Assembly: GCA_045643725.1 (NCBI GenBank)
Contig: JAZRFQ010000011.1
Location: forward strand, 1 to 58,522
DNA from: Eubacteriales bacterium
GTDB taxonomy: Bacteria; Bacillota; Clostridia; Oscillospirales; CAG-272
Direction: 5' to 3'
Length of the DNA stretch: 58,522 bases
In this document: in pieces, positions 57,204 to 58,522 of the stretch
Position numbering within the stretch: position 1 is the stretch's first letter
Layout of the letters: every line of letters begins with the position of its first letter
Translations under genes and position numbers: made by a program
The notes under the pieces: generated by a model
Told to the model about the DNA's origin: nothing
Seen by the model: the letters and a program-made list of their open reading frames with translations, nothing else
Database searches by the model: none

Positions 57204-57233
57204 ATAAATTTTACATAACGAAAGGATTTAATT

Positions 57234-58019
57234 ATGAGAAACGTACTTGTAACTGGTTCGTCGCACGGTATTGGTGCGGCAGCGGCAATCGCATTTGCAA
57301 AGGAGGGCTGCAACGTAGGTATCAACTGCAACAAGAATCCCGAGGGTGCTATGGAAGTAGCAAAGCAGTGTGAAGCTTACGGTGTTAAGACCAAGATATA
57401 CGTAGCGGACGTATCCAAGCACGACGATTGCAAGAATATGGTAGAGGACTTCATCAAGACCTTTGGTAAGATCGACGTTCTCGTTAACAATGCAGGCGGA
57501 GCACTCAAGATTCCCGATGGCGAGTTCAAGGACATGCCAATGGAGTACTGGGATTCCCAGATCGACCTCAACCTTAACTCTGCAGCATACTGCTCCAGAT
57601 ATGCAGTTGCTGACATGGTAGAGAAGGGCACCAAGGGTAAGATCATCAACATTTCTTCTATCCACAGCCAGGTTACCTGGGTTAAGCGTAAGATGCTTCC
57701 TTACTCCGCGGGTAAGGGCGGCCTTAACATGTTCACCAAGGCTCTCGGCGTTGAGGTAGCAAAGTATGGCATCAACGTTAACTGCATCGCTCCCGGTCTC
57801 ATCTTCACTAAGCTTGCAGAGCGTTATTCTCCCGAGGATCTCGCATCCTTCTCCAGAAAGATCCCCTACGGTAACGGCGGTACTACCGACGATATCGTTC
57901 CTATGATCCTCTTCCTTGCAGATCACGAGAAGTGCAAGTTCATCGTAGGTCAGACCATCTTTGTTGACGGCGGTCAGTCCATCGACGGCTCTATCGAGAG
58001 CATGAACTTCAAGTTCTAA
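57234..58019 (+). CDS. Short-chain dehydrogenase/reductase
   Basis: TGSSHGIG, NNAG, YSAGK, VNCIAPG, VDGG. Confidence 0.92.
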   Translation: MRNVLVTGSSHGIGAAAAIAFAKEGCNVGINCNKNPEGAMEVAKQCEAYGVKTKIYVADVSKHDDCKNMVEDFIKTFGKIDVLVNNAGGALKIPDGEFKDMPMEYWDSQIDLNLNSAAYCSRYAVADMVEKGTKGKIINISSIHSQVTWVKRKMLPYSAGKGGLNMFTKALGVEVAKYGINVNCIAPGLIFTKLAERYSPEDLASFSRKIPYGNGGTTDDIVPMILFLADHEKCKFIVGQTIFVDGGQSIDGSIESMNFKF

Positions 58020-58037
58020 TTTTTAAGAGGTACTAAA

Positions 58038-58522
58038 ATGAAAAAGACAAAGGATCTGCGCAGCTATTTTGAATTCGGCGAAGCGTCCGAGTGCAGACGC
58101 GGCCTTCTTTGCGGTATGGGTATCACCCCCGAGGAGCAGGACAGACCTCTTATCGGTATTATTAACTCCTGGAACGAGTACAATCCCGGCCACGTTCACC
58201 TGAAGGCTCTTGCAGAGAGAGTAAAGCAGGGTGTTCGTGAGGCAGGCGGATTCCCCGTAGAGGTTATGACTACGGGTATCTGCGACGGTATGGTGCTCAA
58301 GGATCCCAAGTACGTTGAGATCCCCTCCAGAAACTCTATTGCAGACCAGGTTGAGATTACTGTCGAGGGTAACTTCTTCGACGGTATGGTTATGCTTTCT
58401 ACCTGTGACTCCATCGTTCCCGGCCATCTTATGGCTGCAGCAAGACTTGACATTCCCACCATTCTCGTTACCGGCGGATATATGCCTCTCGGTCAGTTCC
58501 GCGGTAAGGAGGTTCTTCACAT
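58038..58522 (+). CDS. IlvD/Edd family dehydratase (5' part; runs off the window)
   Basis: Hand translation MKKTKDLRS..RPLIGIINSWNEYNPGHVHL..GICDG..SRNSIAD..FDGMVMLSTCDSIVPGHLMAAARLDIP; not in the ORF track. Confidence 0.9.
   Translation, partial: MKKTKDLRSYFEFGEASECRRGLLCGMGITPEEQDRPLIGIINSWNEYNPGHVHLKALAERVKQGVREAGGFPVEVMTTGICDGMVLKDPKYVEIPSRNSIADQVEITVEGNFFDGMVMLSTCDSIVPGHLMAAARLDIPTILVTGGYMPLGQFRGKEVLH

Overview
This is a gene-dense chromosomal segment from an anaerobic Firmicute. It looks Clostridia-like: sigma-A promoters, a T-box, ytfJ and dac sporulation genes, ruvC, and GC roughly 50% by eye. I saw no rRNA, tRNA, CRISPR array, transposase or phage gene. From left to right: (1) a partial YD-repeat lipoprotein gene that the ORF track missed; (2) a divergent arylacetate locus, with paaK-iorA-iorB-ACT-aminotransferase on the minus strand (iorB carries an in-frame TGA) and a Phe-specifier T-box riboswitch driving a second paaK plus an ACT gene on the plus strand; (3) five genes encoding Gfo/Idh/MocA oxidoreductases and TIM-barrel isomerase/lyase proteins, resembling 3-keto-glycoside pathways; (4) housekeeping blocks araC-dxs-miaB-ylbF-mutS-mutL-tgt, lon-engB-S2P-scpAB-ytfIJ-dac-rluB and ruvC-MTase-ecfAAT-truA-PBP1, then a MarR/ABC exporter and gltX; (5) an orphan histidine kinase overlapping dinB; (6) a Na+-pumping biotin-dependent decarboxylase operon with a degenerate acyl-CoA carboxyltransferase; (7) an AraC gene divergent from MBL hydrolase-SDR-IlvD/Edd genes, running off the right edge. 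The strongest candidate for an under-described system is T-box(Phe)-controlled salvage of phenylacetate to phenylalanine by reductive carboxylation. All product calls come from motif recognition by eye; no database search was run.
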